Of a DNA stretch of 64,000 nucleotides, positions 28,815 through 44,278 are shown piece by piece. How positions within the stretch are numbered: the first letter of the stretch is position 1; every line of letters starts with the position of its first letter. The translations under genes were made by a program, and so were the position numbers. The notes beneath the pieces were generated by a model, which ran no database searches, was not told the origin of the DNA, and saw only the letters and a list, made by a program, of their open reading frames with translations. The stretch comes from Octopus vulgaris (lineage: Eukaryota): the NCBI GenBank assembly GCA_951406725.2, contig OX597830.1:75764001-75828000 (forward strand). Direction: 5' to 3'.

Positions 28815-29400
28815 AGTACCAGGGTGAGGGAATAAATATAATGGTGAAGGATAGGAATGGCCAGAGTAATGAAGGAGATGTGTTTAATGTGTATGCAACT
28901 GTATAAAGAAAAGTATGTAAGGATGTGAGAGTGTTTGTTTTTTTTCAAGGACCGAGAATCACTTGTTTGGGTGCCTTGTTGGGTAATGTATAGTTACCTG
29001 ATGCTTTGGTGTACAGAATTAACTATACGTTGAATGCTTTCCATCATGATCCTTTCGTTCTCTTCAGTCTGACTGTTTAATGATGTCTTGGCTATGATAT
29101 TGATGTTATCCACATATCTCCCGTACAGTCTGATTGCTACCTAGTGTTCCTCAAGAGCTTGTTTCAGTTTTTGTCCAACCAGGTCATGAAGTGGCCCACC
29201 ACGTCCCTAGCAACAATGACACCGATGGCCTCTCCGTGACCTTGTATATAGCTGTAGGGTGGTTTTTAGACTTGCGCCCACTGCATGTGCAATCATTTTC
29301 AGTGTCTAGCCATGCTTGATTTGAGGAATATCGCTATTTTCTTCCAGGATTCAGGAATTGTCCCAAACGGTATAGTAAAACCCTATATAGGGTTGACTCT
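28815..29400 (-). pseudogene. Penelope-like RT remnant
   Basis: RLYGRYVDNINII (YVDD), upstream Q..GEAIG-like motif, downstream VNSVHQSIR. Confidence 0.6.
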
Positions 29401-30055
29401 AAACCCCCAGTATTCATGTTATTTTATACATTTCATGTTCGGATATACATTTAATCAACGAGGTAAAATAGAAAAACTAATTTAATAATGTTTGTTGTTG
29501 ATTCAACACTTTCTATAACTCAATTCACGCAAATGATTGAAAGTAATTGTAAAATCAAATGAGCATATAAATTTCGTTGAGCAGAGTTGACTGTACAGTG
29601 ATTTTGAGCGGAGTCTTTTGCCAGACAGTAGGAGTTATATCAATAGGTCGAAATATTGCAATTCAGAGGTTTGTACGAAGCTTCGCATCTATAAAAAATT
29701 ATTACCTAAATAACTGTTATTCGATATTACTCATGTTAGTCTAATGCATGTGTATTTGCATAACGGAAGATTTCTTTCACTAGTTATTACCGATTAGTTA
29801 CACCACACTTTACAATGAGTGTGGTTTGAGTGGAGACCTTTACACACAGGAGAGATCATTTGCTGTCGTCAGGAGATATTATAAGAGACATATCTGAAGA
29901 ACCTTTCGACATTGCAAACAATGATAATATAGAAGAAACTGTTTCAAAATTTATTCTCACCCTGAAATATAGACATTTTAAAATTAGGAATGTTCTGGAT
30001 AATCAAAGGAGTACTTAAGTGCGATGATTATGTACATCGTTCATAATTTGAACGA

Positions 30056-30405
30056 AAGGATGAAAGGATGAAAGGCAAAGTCGACCTCGGTGGAATTTGA
30101 ATTCAGACCGTAAGGACAGACGAAATACCGCTAAGCATTTCGCTAAGCGTGCTAACGTTTCTTATTTCTTTATTGTCCACAAGGAGCTAAAGGAGCTAAA
30201 CACACAAGGGACAAACAAGTACAGACAAAGGGATTAAGTCGATTACATCGACACCAGTGCGCAACTGGTACTTAATTTATCGACCCCGAAAGGATGAAAG
30301 GTAAAGTTGACCTCGGCAGAATTTGAACTCGGAACGCAGCGGCGAACGAAATAACACTAAGCATTTCGCCCGGCGTGCTAACGTTTCTGCCAACTCGCTA
30401 CCTTA
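30056..30405 (-). mobile_element. SINE family B, one full copy plus a tandem partial copy
   Basis: Reverse complement of 35001-35230, followed by a repeat of its 5' half. Confidence 0.9.
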
Positions 30406-30789
30406 GCCATTGCTTATATTACAAGTTAAATCAATTTATATGCTCAACAGGAGATTATAGATCGGTTATCACCATTCAGAATCATTTCAAACAAGAAAAT
30501 CAACCAGAATCGAATAGAATTTCCGAGACACTACAGGTGTTTGCTCGATGAGAAATACATATCGAAAGAATCGATGAACCGTACCGAAAAAGGTAGTGTT
30601 GTTGGTGTGGTGGTTGAGGTGGTGATGATGGTGATGGTGGTGGTGGTGGTTTTTATGGTGGTGTTGGTTGTGCTGGTGGTGGATATGCGATATACTGCTG
30701 AGCAACCTGCATGTATGTTTTCTTTTTAGTGATCAAATTTGTGTGCCCCTCATTAGCTCACTCCTACCATCAAGTCGGCGTGGCCTGAA

Positions 30790-30952
30790 CAGGTGCACGG
30801 TGTACCACATGTCACATGCCGCATTGATTGCAGAGGAATGTGAGAGAAAGTATTTTGCGCAAGAACACAACGTTCCACCCTGTCCTAGAATTGAAATATT
30901 GAATTTGCGATCATGAGTGCAACACTCGAGCCACAAGGCCATGCAAACTCCA
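30790..30952 (-). mobile_element. Decayed tRNA-derived SINE related to family C
   Basis: Minus strand gcatggccttgtggctcgagtgttgcactcatgatcg head. Confidence 0.6.
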
Positions 30953-31899
30953 CACATTCATAAACAGACGCACAAACACCAACGTGTGTGTATAAATATA
31001 TATATATACTGATGTACATATATACTAATATTTTACACGTGCAAACCAATATATATGTATATGTCTATATATATATATATATGTTACCATCCACATGTCT
31101 TGTTAAACATAATCTGACACACATACGTATACACACAAAGCTCTCAAGTGTATTGAACATGATGAAGAAGGGATAAGATACCATAAAACCACTTAGTGGC
31201 ATCATACTTGAGAGTTAATGGCATACTTCCGATCATCACTAACATCTGATTTTTTAACCCTTTTAAGATTGATTGCCGATGATGGAAGGATGTAAAATAA
31301 CAACCACGAAATACTATAAAAACCATGGTTCATGTCTCCATCTCTTTCTCCCACTCTTCGGATAGATAGATAGATATACCGTACATGCAATAATATGTAT
31401 ATGAATGTATAACGTAATTTACTCTACTTAATGCATTGAGTCCTTTATTTGGTGAATATTTTAGGTTTTTCTGTAAAACTATGATCATTTATTATAATTT
31501 ATACATATGTATATAAGAACACACACAAACATCACACCCTCAAACACACACACACGCACGCATACAGAGTAATTTATTTTCCTTTACATCGATATCATCG
31601 TATATACTGATTAATTCGGATTAGTGCCCTCTTCTTCGTTACCATAATCACAATGTTTCGCTCTTTGTAGTAACCCGGCTTCCTCCGGGGCCCTGTCGTA
31701 CTCGGTATATTACTCGGAATTTCAAACCGGGACATTTTATATCTCCTTTGGTTTTAAAATACTCCCATTGCCACATTCATACCCAGAATATTCTAGTATT
31801 AGTCAATCTTCTACTTGTGTTGTGGCTGTAATATCCAAGACAAGGACAAGAGTTCAAATAAATAAGTATTTTTATCATGATAATTCAACCTTCATCAAG

Positions 31900-32345
31900 T
31901 ATTCTTGATTGTGGTTCAATCCAAAGACTTTCCATTCTTGATGATCAAAACGTTTTTTCCCGTATCTGAAACAACACTCTCTTTGAATCCTAGATGATAA
32001 CGTAGGATTTGTGAAAGATTTAGATGTTACTTTTTGTAGACTTTGCGTTCAAGTCGAACAAGTTGTTTTTATATTTATCTGAAACTACATTCTTTCCCAT
32101 CTTAAGTTAAGATGGAATTTGAGGGGGATTTAAGTGCTATTTTTAGAAGGCGTTCCATTTTTGTTTATCTAGACATGTTTTCTATATCTAAAACTACATT
32201 CCTTCCGATCGTGAGATAAGGTTCCATTTGAGAGAGATTTGGATGCTTATTTTAAAAGGCATTTCATTATTTTTGATCCAAACTCTTGTAAGTATCAAAA
32301 ATTACATTCTTTCCGATCTTGAGGTGAGGTGATAGGGTGATATCT
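31900..32345. repeat. Cluster of diverged ~110-bp units of an unclassified dispersed repeat
   Basis: Recurring aaactacattctttcc...atttgagggggattt...ctatt units; related sequence at 14330-14545, 52410-52615 (opposite strand) and 61160-61345. Confidence 0.55.
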
Positions 32346-32819
32346 GAGGAATATTTTTGGGAGCTATTTTTTAATCCTTATTCTAATATTGATGGAAATG
32401 TCCTTAAAAATAATCGGTTGGGTGGAGGATCGGGTAATCGATATGGGGTATTGATTTTTATTTTCTGCATGGTTTACGTTATATCTTCAGATATAGAATT
32501 TCTTCTAGAAAGCTTAATATCATAATTATTATATGTAGCTACAGAGATAGGGATGTTTCTTAGATCCTTCGCAGTGCTGATTAAGTCCCCTTGCTGTGTA
32601 TTTCTAGATTCTATTCCTTTGTTATTAGAGACTGACAAACCTGTATCTCTGTGTAGTCTTTCATTCTCTTTCTTGTTTCAGTCATTTGACTGCGGCCAAG
32701 CTGGAGCACCGCAAGAAGTTTCGTCAGAAATATTGCAGTGTAATATAGTATTCCTTCAGATAAAGCAAGAATTTTTATAACCACTGTAACAAAGGGTTCG
32801 TAGTAGTAATATATATATA

Positions 32820-32895
<76 letters not shown>

Positions 32896-33253
32896 AATAA
32901 AGCACCACTAGTAGGAAAAATAAAATATAGACCATTTTATTTATACAACAGAACGGCATAATAGGCATTCACCACTAGAAATAAGAAAGCTTCAACCGCA
33001 AATAAAAGTTAATTCTGAAACCAGAGAAAATTTAAAAAACATTTACCCTGTAATTTCTTTCAAATCGTCGCACTCGCGCCACCCTATATTGATTAATTAT
33101 GAATTTTCGGTTAATTCCGTAATGGAATGGACGGCTTATATTTATTTGCTGCCGATAAATTTGGGCGAGTGCGACGATTTGAAAATTTTAGGTCAGATAT
33201 AAACTTGGCAAGGTCGGAAATGCCTCGTGAAAATATCTGTTCCGACTTGGGCT

Positions 33254-33358
33254 ATTTCTTACGATGAATCTGAGGCCTGTGGAAGATTGGCTTGATTTAA
33301 TTTAATCAGGTTAGTTTACCATTAATCAGCAGATGAAACGGTATATCGTATAAGAAAT
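33254..33358 (+). ncRNA. Type I hammerhead ribozyme, copy 1 (U4 missing)
   Basis: Same fold as 33724-33829 but the core reads C-GAUGA. Confidence 0.6.
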
Positions 33359-33723
33359 TACAGGGTAAATGTTTTTAAATTTTCTCTGGTTTAGAATTAA
33401 CTTTTATTTGCGGTTGAAGCTTTGGCTGTTATTTCTAGTGGGTGAATGGCCTATTATGGCCGTTCCTTGATTGTTGATGTTAACTTAAAAATGGTCTATG
33501 ACTATTTAATTTTTCCTATAGCGCTGGCAAAGAATTCTACAAAATTTTTTTGCCCTATATTGATTAATTATGAATTTTCTGGTTAATTCCGTAATGGAAT
33601 CGACGGCTTATATTTATTTGCTGCCGATAAATTTGCGAGTGCGACGATTTGAAAATTTTAGGTCAGATATAAACTTGGCAAGGTCGGAAATGCCTCGTGA
33701 AAATATCTGTTCCGACTTGGGCT

Positions 33724-33829
33724 ATTTCTTACTGATGAATCTGAGGGCCTGTGGAAGATTGGCTGATTTAATTTAATCAGGTTAGTTTACCATTAATCAG
33801 CAGATGAAACGGTATATCGTATAAGAAAT
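33724..33829 (+). ncRNA. Type I hammerhead ribozyme with canonical core; predicted cleavage after GUA at 33821
   Basis: Stem I AUUUCUUA/UAAGAAAU; CUGAUGA; stem II AUCUG/CAGAU with a long insert; GAA; stem III ACGG(UAUA)UCGU; GUA triplet. Confidence 0.85.
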
Positions 33830-33947
33830 TACAGGGTAAAGTTTTTAAATTTTCTCCTGGTTTACAGAATTAACTTTTATTTGCGGTTGAAGCTTTGGCT
33901 GTTATTTCTAGTGGGTGAATGGCCTATTATGGCCGTTCCTTGATTGT

Positions 33948-34350
<403 letters not shown>

Positions 34351-34366
34351 TATATGTATATATATG

Positions 34367-34427
<61 letters not shown>

Positions 34428-34667
34428 TGGCCTACGTCCACTTTATTAAATCTCAGCTAAAGCCAAAATCATAACGTGGCCTACTCTACAAAGTTTCAAT
34501 GTGAATTCTAGTATTGGAGAAGAATTTCCTTAATCTGATTCAGAAACAGAATGGTTTATATAAATTATTAAAACATTTCTATTGCTAAATTTAAACGCAT
34601 GATGAAAATTTTCATCATAACCAATAATATTAAACACCTATATATCTATATCTATCTATCTATATAC

Positions 34668-34764
<97 letters not shown>

Positions 34765-35000
34765 TATTCTCTTAAAGCAAAAAGTTGTTAATTATATAAA
34801 AATATCTTTAAAAATGTCATGAGAATAGCGCAAAAATTTTGGGAGAAAGAATTCATATGCTGCGGAGCTCTCTGTGTCGACGAATTTGCTTTTGCAGCGG
34901 TGTTGACTACTTCCGGCTGGAGATAAACTCTCAAGACACGCACGTGCTATTAGCCAAGCCTGACTGAGATGTACATATTGCAACGAATTTACGAATTTAA

Positions 35001-35230
35001 GGCGGCGAGCTGGCAGAAACGTTAGCATGCCGGGTGAAATGCGTAACCGTGTTTCGTCTGCCGCTACGTTCTGAGTTCAAATTCCGCCGAGGTCGACTTT
35101 GCCTTTCATCCTTTCGGGGTCGATAAATAAAGTATCAGTTACGCACTGGGGTCGATGTAATAGACTTAATCCGGTTGTCTGTCCTTGTTTGTCCCCTCTA
35201 TGTTTAGCCCCTTGTGGGCAATAAAGAAAT
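35001..35230 (+). mobile_element. SINE family B, full length
   Basis: ggcggcgagctggcaga...gttcaaattcc...aataaagaaat; imperfect TSD atattg(c/t)aacgaat. Confidence 0.9.
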
Positions 35231-35232
35231 AT

Positions 35233-35560
35233 ATTGTAACGAATCTAATCTGCACGAATCTGGTCGTCTCGTACCCTGACTTGTGGAGCTGTATCAAACA
35301 GATCTTATCAATTCTAGGGAGTATTCTGCAATACACCGGGTCCATTATGAAGTCCTTCGCCTTATCTTCCTTTGGCCAGGAAAAGCAGGCAATTGTGAAT
35401 TTTCATTTGGCTACGACGAAAGAGCTTGTGAAGTGGATGAGATTAAAAAGGATCGAGGTAGCCAACTGTTTTGGCCAAACCTCTTATCAACGTTATCAAG
35501 TTTCACTTTAAAACGAGAGTAAATGTGATCCAAGTGATCTTGGCTTCTCTGAGCATGCAT
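35233..35560 (+). pseudogene. Probable L1/Tx1 ORF2 C-terminal remnant
   Basis: PDLWSCIKQIL...HLATTKELVKWMRLK resembles the LW..V..LL / A.AK..IW..R region of L1/Tx1 ORF2. Confidence 0.45.
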
Positions 35561-35868
35561 CTGTGTTTTCGAGAAGGACCGCTGAAAAGGGTCCCTTGCA
35601 TTAGGGGTCAGCATGACTAAGTTTATATACGACTCCTACAAATAGCTTTCAAATGCCTCACTTGTTCCTTTGAAGAGTTTTTATTTGAATATTTTTTTCT
35701 TCATCTCATTTACACATTTTTTATGTAATACCGCACTGTATCGATCGGTACAATGCTCGGCTTTTTGTCAACGCTTTGTACTAGATAGGCAAGGAAGTAT
35801 TATCAATATTTTTTTCTACTGTAGTTAATATTATGATTCTTCCTTCCTTCTTCTTCTAATTCTTATTC

Positions 35869-35945
<77 letters not shown>

Positions 35946-35946
35946 T

Positions 35947-36025
<79 letters not shown>

Positions 36026-36367
36026 AATTATTGTTATTATTATTGCCATCATCATTATTATTATTGAAAATGTGATTTATGTTTTGATGAGGAAAAAGTG
36101 CACGACTATAATAATAATAATAATTGTTATTATTATTATTGTTATTAATATTGCTGTTGTTGTTGCTGATGATGATGAAGAGAAGGAGGAGGAGGAGGAC
36201 TATGATGATTACGATGATGATGACGATGATGATGACGATGATGGTGACGATGATGATGTTGATGATGTTGATGATGTTGATGGTACTTTTGTTATTAGTA
36301 TCTTTTGACCCATGAGACTCGGTTCTATAAATATTATGACAACCACAACAACAACAACAACAATAAC

Positions 36368-36407
<40 letters not shown>

Positions 36408-36837
36408 TCAGTAACAACAACAACAGCATCAATTAATGTTATTGTTTTATAATAATGTGTTTTATGGATATTGTTATTACGGTTATTATTGTATATTTTG
36501 TTATAAGTAGTATATTTTTGATGTGGTTATAATTGTTGTATATATAATTTTTAATGTTGATATGCTTCTTTTTATGATGCTTCTCTTTTACTAATGTTAT
36601 GGGTACACACACAAGAAACACACACTCAAACATGTAATTATATATATGTATGTATATACATAGAGAAAGAGAGAGATGCATATATATATATATACACATA
36701 AGCATATATATATTTATATATATATTGCCGTTTTATTTCATACATGTAAACAATGTTCTTCTTACCGTCATTGATGTAAAGATAATAATGATAATAGTAA
36801 TAATAATAATGATGGTATAATAATAATAATAATAATG

Positions 36838-36977
<140 letters not shown>

Positions 36978-37257
36978 CTTACTGATTGGAAGTGTTATCA
37001 TGTACATTGTTTTGTCTTGGTATAAAAGATGGGCTACAGCAAATATTCTGCTCAATATTTGCTTGTCATAACCAGTTGAGCATGTCCCTTAGTGGCTGAC
37101 GATATGCATCTCTGATAAGTAGTGGGGAGCATCATGGCCATGTGTTGAGAGGGATTCTTTGGGGTTTGAATAATTCACCTCTGGAAACATAGGTGTTTCG
37201 TTCAACATCCTAAAGCAACCCTTATTCACTTTGATGGCATGAACTGCTCTCTCACTC
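36978..37257 (+). mobile_element. Internally deleted copy of the (TAA)n-associated element
   Basis: Matches the reverse complement of 12821-13376 with deletions; TAA on both sides. Confidence 0.85.
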
Positions 37258-37291
<34 letters not shown>

Positions 37292-37404
37292 GTGATAACA
37301 ACAACAACAGCAGCGAAAACAGCAATATGAAATATTATTATTGTTATATTTGTGATTTAACGCTATTCATTTTCTTGAAAATATTTTTGAGTTTTCATAT
37401 ATTT

Positions 37405-37443
<39 letters not shown>

Positions 37444-37529
37444 TTCATCTGAATGTGTTTATATGCATGCATAATGTATACGTATATACACCTGCGTGAT
37501 TGTGCCTTTCCTGATTATATGTATATATA

Positions 37530-37578
<49 letters not shown>

Positions 37579-38192
37579 ATGTATGTATATGTAGGTATGT
37601 ATGTATGTATGTATGCATGTATGTATGAGTGTATATAAATATATATATTTATATTCATGTATACCTATGTGTGTATATATGTATCGGGAGAGTTTACGAA
37701 AAAAACAAAAGCCGAAGACAGGTGGTGTACAAAACAAACAGATGTATTAGTATAACGCTCAGGCATAGAAAAAGTATTTTATACATATATGTGTGCATAT
37801 ATATATATATATATATTTTTTATTGTCTATATATGGGTAGTGTCGCATGATCGTACTATGATACGAGACATGCTAAAATCAGTTTTGCATGTTCCCCAGC
37901 ACATGAATCTAATAATAACCCATAAATACACATATTGCGTTTATCAAATAAAATTTAACTCTTACCAGATGGAGTACTTTTCTTGTTTTGCTAATCTTAC
38001 CATCTATATATATATATAGATGGTAATATAAATAAATTATTAAATTGTCAATAGAATATCTCTATATTTAATTTATCTTTATATATGTACATGCATACAT
38101 ACATACATACATACATGCATACATGCATACATACATATATATACATACATACATACACTTATATAGATATATTGATATGTATGTATGTGTTA

Positions 38193-39400
38193 TTGGATTG
38201 GCTAAAATTCGCGCTCGGGTTTTGTGAACAAAAACATCAAGTGCTCCAGTAAACACCGAACCTCTGACTGTATCTTTCTCATGTGCACTCGTTAAATACT
38301 CGACACTTCAACGTAGTTCGATGTGAACTTGCAAATACGCACGTTGTATTTTGTGTTCTACCTTTGTGCAATAATGGGGAGAACCAAAAGGAGCATTATA
38401 GACGCTTCTCACTTTTGTATTTTAGAAAAACCTGGAGGAAGATATGCACTATGTACTGAGAGTATGCTATTACGTACCGTGTATGACAGAAAGATTTCGC
38501 TTAAAGATGCTATTAGCTTAAACTGGCTAACTCAGAATTACGGCAATATCAATTTCCATTATACAAAGTGGATAAATGCAGGTGTGACCCAAATGTCAAA
38601 TTACTACTGAAAACCATCTTCATCAACTTGGTTATATCAGAATATTCGATAATTTGGTCCCGCATCAAGTGAATGAAGCTAACTTTGTCTAAAGGTTTCC
38701 ATCTGCAATTCATTCTAGAAACGTTAAGAAAACTATGCTTTATTTAAATTGTGACAAGGGATGAAGGATGGATCCTTTATATAACAATGTGAAATTCAAA
38801 CAATCATGCGGGAAGCGCGGCGAATTACCATAGATGATCTCAAAAGAAGGACTTCACTCGAAGAAGTTTATGCTGCTAATATGGTGAGATTCAAACGCTG
38901 TTGTCTTTTGCGAGCTGCACAGACAGGACCGACCATCAATATGTATAAGTACTATAACCAGCTATACATATAAAACGCACCTATCTACTAGAAACATCCA
39001 GCATTTGCTCATCGAAAGACCATTGTCTCTATCAGGACAATGCCAGACAACCCACATCTTCGTAGATGCGGCAGAGGCTAAAGAAGCTGGGCTGGGAAAT
39101 TTTACCATGCCCCGCATATTCGCTTGCCTAGTGAAAATTAATTGATTGGACATACATTTCATTCCTCGACACATCTTTCTGTCATTGAATGGACATGCTT
39201 TTTACACCCACCTGAAGTGGGTGTAAAAATTCACCTAATACAGTTCTTCGTCTATAGAAATGGGAAATTCTTTCAGCAAAGGATAATGGATCTGCCGAAA
39301 ATATGGCAGAAAACATTAGAACGAAATTATAATTATATCGTTTGTTGAATAAATTGTTTAAATTGTTTAAAACTTGTGTCTTATCTTCGTAAAAAAGTGT
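38193..39400 (+). mobile_element. Near full-length decayed mariner
   Basis: TA|ttggattggctaaaatt start; KEHYRRFSLLYFRK; IVT.DE.WILY; QDNAR; PAYS-like motif. Confidence 0.7.
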
Positions 39401-39437
39401 CGAACAGATAGTTTTGTTAAGAAAGAAAGAAAGACAA

Positions 39438-39501
<64 letters not shown>

Positions 39502-39811
39502 TCAGAGAGAATGACAGACAACTCCAAAGAGAATGAGGGGAACATACACATGTAGATATAGATATCTATACGTGAGTGTGTGTATGATTATACATACATA
39601 CATACAGACAGACAGACAGACAGACAGAAAGAAACGGCGGACTTCATTTTCCATCTACCAAATCCACTCCCAATGTTTTGTGTCTTCCATTATAACCAAG
39701 GGCTATAGTGATACACACGTTCAAAGTGTCATCTCGGGTGACTGAAACTGGGGCCAAGTGGTTGGGAAGCAAACTTCTTATCACACAGCCACAATTGCAT
39801 ATTCTTTGATT

Positions 39812-40238
39812 CAATTACTTGTTTCAGCCATTTGCCAGCAGCCATGCTGGAGCACCGCCTTTAGTCGAACAAATTGAACACAGGACTTCTTTGTAAGCCT
39901 AGTACTTATTGTATCTGTCTCACGTAAACACACCAACACACCAATATCAGTTGTCAAGCAATGGTGGATGGAAGACAAATACAAAAATATATACATACAT
40001 TTATATATATATGTGTGTGTGTGTGTATATATATACATACATATATATACACACATATATATATATATAAACCCCACGGGCTTCTTTTAGTTTCCATGTA
40101 CCAGATCCACTCACAAGGCTTTGGTCGCCACGAGGCTATCGCAGAAGACACTTTCCCAAGGTGCCACACGTTTGGACTGAACACGGAACCATGTGGTTAG
40201 GAAGCAAGTTCCTTACCATACACACACTCATGTGCCTA
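39812..40238 (-). mobile_element. SINE family A (a second decayed 5' half lies at ~39610-39800)
   Basis: Reverse complement of the family consensus. Confidence 0.85.
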
Positions 40239-40620
40239 TATATATATATATGTTTACATACAAATATATTTACATGCAATTATATGGCTATTAGAAAATA
40301 TACGCCTAGTATACACATGGGTGGGCAGAATGAAGTATGATTGATATGTTTCTTTCTGACATGTTTCATTTGGATAAAAAAAAACTAAACATTTGTTGAC
40401 CAGTCTCATGTTCATCCCCTTGTAGTTGTCACGTTCTGAAAAGAAACTAAAATAATAACACGACTATATACTTAAAGACTGCATAAATACTTGCAGAAAA
40501 ATACATACGTACATACATTCATACATACATACATACATATATACATATGCACGTACATGCATGCATACATACATACAAATATGCATACATAGATACACAC
40601 ATATATACACAGACATTTAA

Positions 40621-40680
<60 letters not shown>

Positions 40681-41065
40681 TAACTATATTTATACTTATA
40701 TCTACCTATATAAATATCTGTCTGTCAATCTATATGCAGGCGTGTGTGTGTGTGTACGTATATATATATATAGAGAGAGAGAGAGGGAGAGAGAGAGATT
40801 GTGGGGCATCTGTATTTTTGTGCGCATTTCTACCTTGTGTATACATACGTATATACATATGTACATATATATATATGTATACATAAATATCCATATATAT
40901 GTACATGTATGTATGTATGAATGGATGGATGGATGGATGGATATAATTCTATGCTTATGAGTGTGTACAGTCTTTATATATTTGCAAACTTCATATGTAT
41001 GCAATCTTAATGTTTGTGTGTGTGTATGTATGTATATATACCTATAGATATATTATAAATATATT

Positions 41066-41116
<51 letters not shown>

Positions 41117-41206
41117 TATATACATATGTATATATATAAATGTATATATATATAGATATATATTATATATATATATACAAATATATGTACATATATATAT
41201 ATATAC

Positions 41207-41238
<32 letters not shown>

Positions 41239-41244
41239 ACATAA

Positions 41245-41540
41245 ATAATGTTCGATGAGAGATGAAATAAAGTATAAAGAGTACAAGTGTTTTAATGGGT
41301 GCTTAAGAACTTCTAAAGATAAGCTTGGACCCAAAATTTCAATATCTTGAAAAAATATTTGAAATCATTGTGTTATTTTAGTGGAAAATTCATTTTCATA
41401 AATGCAAATCTGTTATTTTGACTCTGATGTTTTACACTTTAATTTTCCTATCACTTGTATTGTTATGTTCGGTGTCAATTTAATTTAATTTTTTTTCCTA
41501 TATGTAGCACTCTTATTTTAGCTTCGGGTACAGGATATTT
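41245..41540 (+). repeat. Left arm of a ~290-bp inverted repeat
   Basis: Reverse-complement match to 47290-47580; the track shows [20 protein letters not shown] and its antisense reading at both sites. Confidence 0.9.
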
Positions 41541-41575
41541 GAAATTGTAATGCGTGTATGATTGTGTGCTTATAA

Positions 41576-41627
<52 letters not shown>

Positions 41628-41660
41628 ATATACATTACATATGTATATACACAAATATAT

Positions 41661-41700
<40 letters not shown>

Positions 41701-41924
41701 TGTATGTTCCTTATGATTCTGCGTATGTGTTTATGAAGCTTTCTATCTACTTCTGTCCTCAATTATATATACTACTAGTTACCTATCAATCAAAGTATCT
41801 GCCATTCTTCCCCCTCTGTCTCTGTCTACTAATGTTTATATCTGTTTTGGTAAATTTTAGTCATCTAATTTATTGATAGAAAGACAGGCAGATAGACAGA
41901 CAGACAGACAGACAGACAGGCAGT

Positions 41925-41990
<66 letters not shown>

Positions 41991-42317
41991 CATGTATACA
42001 TAAATAGGTAGGTAGATAGTTAACTAGATAGATTCATAGATAAATATATACAAATATACATATTTATATATAAGTATATATATATATATGTGTGTGTATA
42101 TATGTACATATATATATACATATATATACATATATATTCAGTCACAGAACCTACATACACATACTCATACACACATATATGTGTGTGTATATATATATAT
42201 ATATATACATATATATGTATATGTACATACACACACACATATACGTATATATAAGTATGTATATGTGTGTGTATATGTGTATATTTGTATATAAACATAT
42301 ATATATATACGTATATA

Positions 42318-42358
<41 letters not shown>

Positions 42359-42874
42359 TAAAGAGAGAGAGAGATATATATATATGTACGTTTTTTGCAT
42401 ATATAGTTATAGATATATGTATATATATTCTCACTTACAGAACCCGACACGTGCATACGTAATATATATTCTCACTTACAGAACCCGACACGTGCATACG
42501 TACATCCATGCATTTACAAAGATACATATCGATTCACAGCCCATTTACGTTGGAATTCAAACATAATTTTAGATAGTAATGTCCCTTCATAGCGGAGCAA
42601 TATAACATATAGCATGGCCGGTTATGAAGTGACAGAGTTTATGATTTAATATGTCTTCGGGAATTACTCCTAGAATCCACAGAGACCAACAAGATCTAAG
42701 TACTTACTTAGATGTTTGTTTGTTGTTTGTGTTCTCTCAACACACAGTGATATTGAAGATATAAAGTGAGATAAAGAAATAAGATCTTGTGTGTACACAT
42801 ATTTATATATATATATACATAGATATATACATACATATATATGCATACATATATATATATGCATACATATATAT

Positions 42875-43290
42875 AGGCGTAGGAATGGCTGTGTGGTAAG
42901 TAGCTTGTTTACCAACCACATGGTTCCGGGTTCAGTCCCACTGCGTGGCACCTTGGGCAGGTGTCTTCTACTATAGCCTCGGGCCGACCAAAGCCTTGTG
43001 AGTGGATTTGGTAGACGGAAACTGTAATAGGCCCGTCGTATATATGTGTATATATATATATGAGTGTGTATGTGTTTGTGTGTCTGTATTTGTCCCCCCA
43101 ACATCACTTGACAACCGATGCTGTTGTATTTACGTCACCGTAACTGAGCGGTTCGGCAAATGAGACCGATAGAATAAGTACTGGGCTAACAAAGAATAGG
43201 TACTGGGGTCGATTTGCTCCACTAAAGACGGTGCTCCAGCATGGCCACAGTCAAATGACTGAAACAAGTAAAAGAGTAAAAGAGTAAAGA

Positions 43291-43291
<1 letters not shown>
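42875..43291 (+). mobile_element. SINE family A, full length, young
   Basis: ggcgtaggaatggctgtgtgg...ggttcagtccc...(gtaaaaga)3. Confidence 0.92.
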
Positions 43292-43330
<39 letters not shown>

Positions 43331-44278
43331 GTATATATATATACGTATGTATATGTATATATATATATGTATATATATATATCCATATATATATATACGT
43401 ATGTATACGTATATGTATACATATTTGCTTGTATGTATGTGTGTGTCACTGAGTGTATATATGCACATGTATATAATCATGGGTGTGGGTTGTTCGTTTT
43501 TATCCATTTATTTGAATGTATATTTGTGTGTATATGTATGTTTCTTTGTGTATGACATTAATATAGATATATATATAGACACATATAAATATATATATAT
43601 ATGCATGTTTGTATGTGCCTATATATAATATATATGTTCATATGTTCATATATGTATATGAATGTATATATATGTATATATATATATAATGTATATATGT
43701 GTGTATATGTATGTTTCTTTGTGTATGACATATATATATATATAGATATATATATACACATATAAATATATATATATGCATGTTTGGATGTGCCTATATA
43801 TAGTATATATGTTCATATGTTAATATGAATGTGTATATATATATGCATGTATGAATATGCATACATACATACTTCCATATATATTATCTTTTATCTATCA
43901 GTAGTTTCAGTAAGCTGCGGTCATGCTGGGGCACCGACTTGAAGAATTTAAGTCGAACGCATCGAACATAGTACTTATTTTCTTTCAAGTCTGGTAATTA
44001 TTCCATCGGTGTGCGTGACAAAGAAAGACACAGATACATTCTGACACATTTCCCATAAACACACCTCTATAAGACTGACAAGGTGGGTTAAGTTTTTAAC
44101 CCTTGGTGACGAAGTACTGGGTCGCTGATGAACATCAAATCAAATCTGAAATCATCTGATCATATGACTATCTCGCTTGCCTAAGGAAGCTTGTATCCCT
44201 GGTCAGACGTTAGAAAAGTGCGCTCACGTGGCTAAGAGTTGTTTTGACTTTCTGTCTATATATATATATATATATACG

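Noticed and set aside
29050-29072. Minus-strand CTGAAGA-GAAC-GAAA
   Set aside because: Lies inside an RT coding remnant and has no stems
29840-29875. HTGE-like C2H2 zinc-finger linker
   Set aside because: No C-x2-C / H-x3-H spacing or repetition
44120-44170. CTGATGA...GAAA hammerhead candidate
   Set aside because: Stems I and II do not pair; it looks more like a DNA transposon subterminal motif
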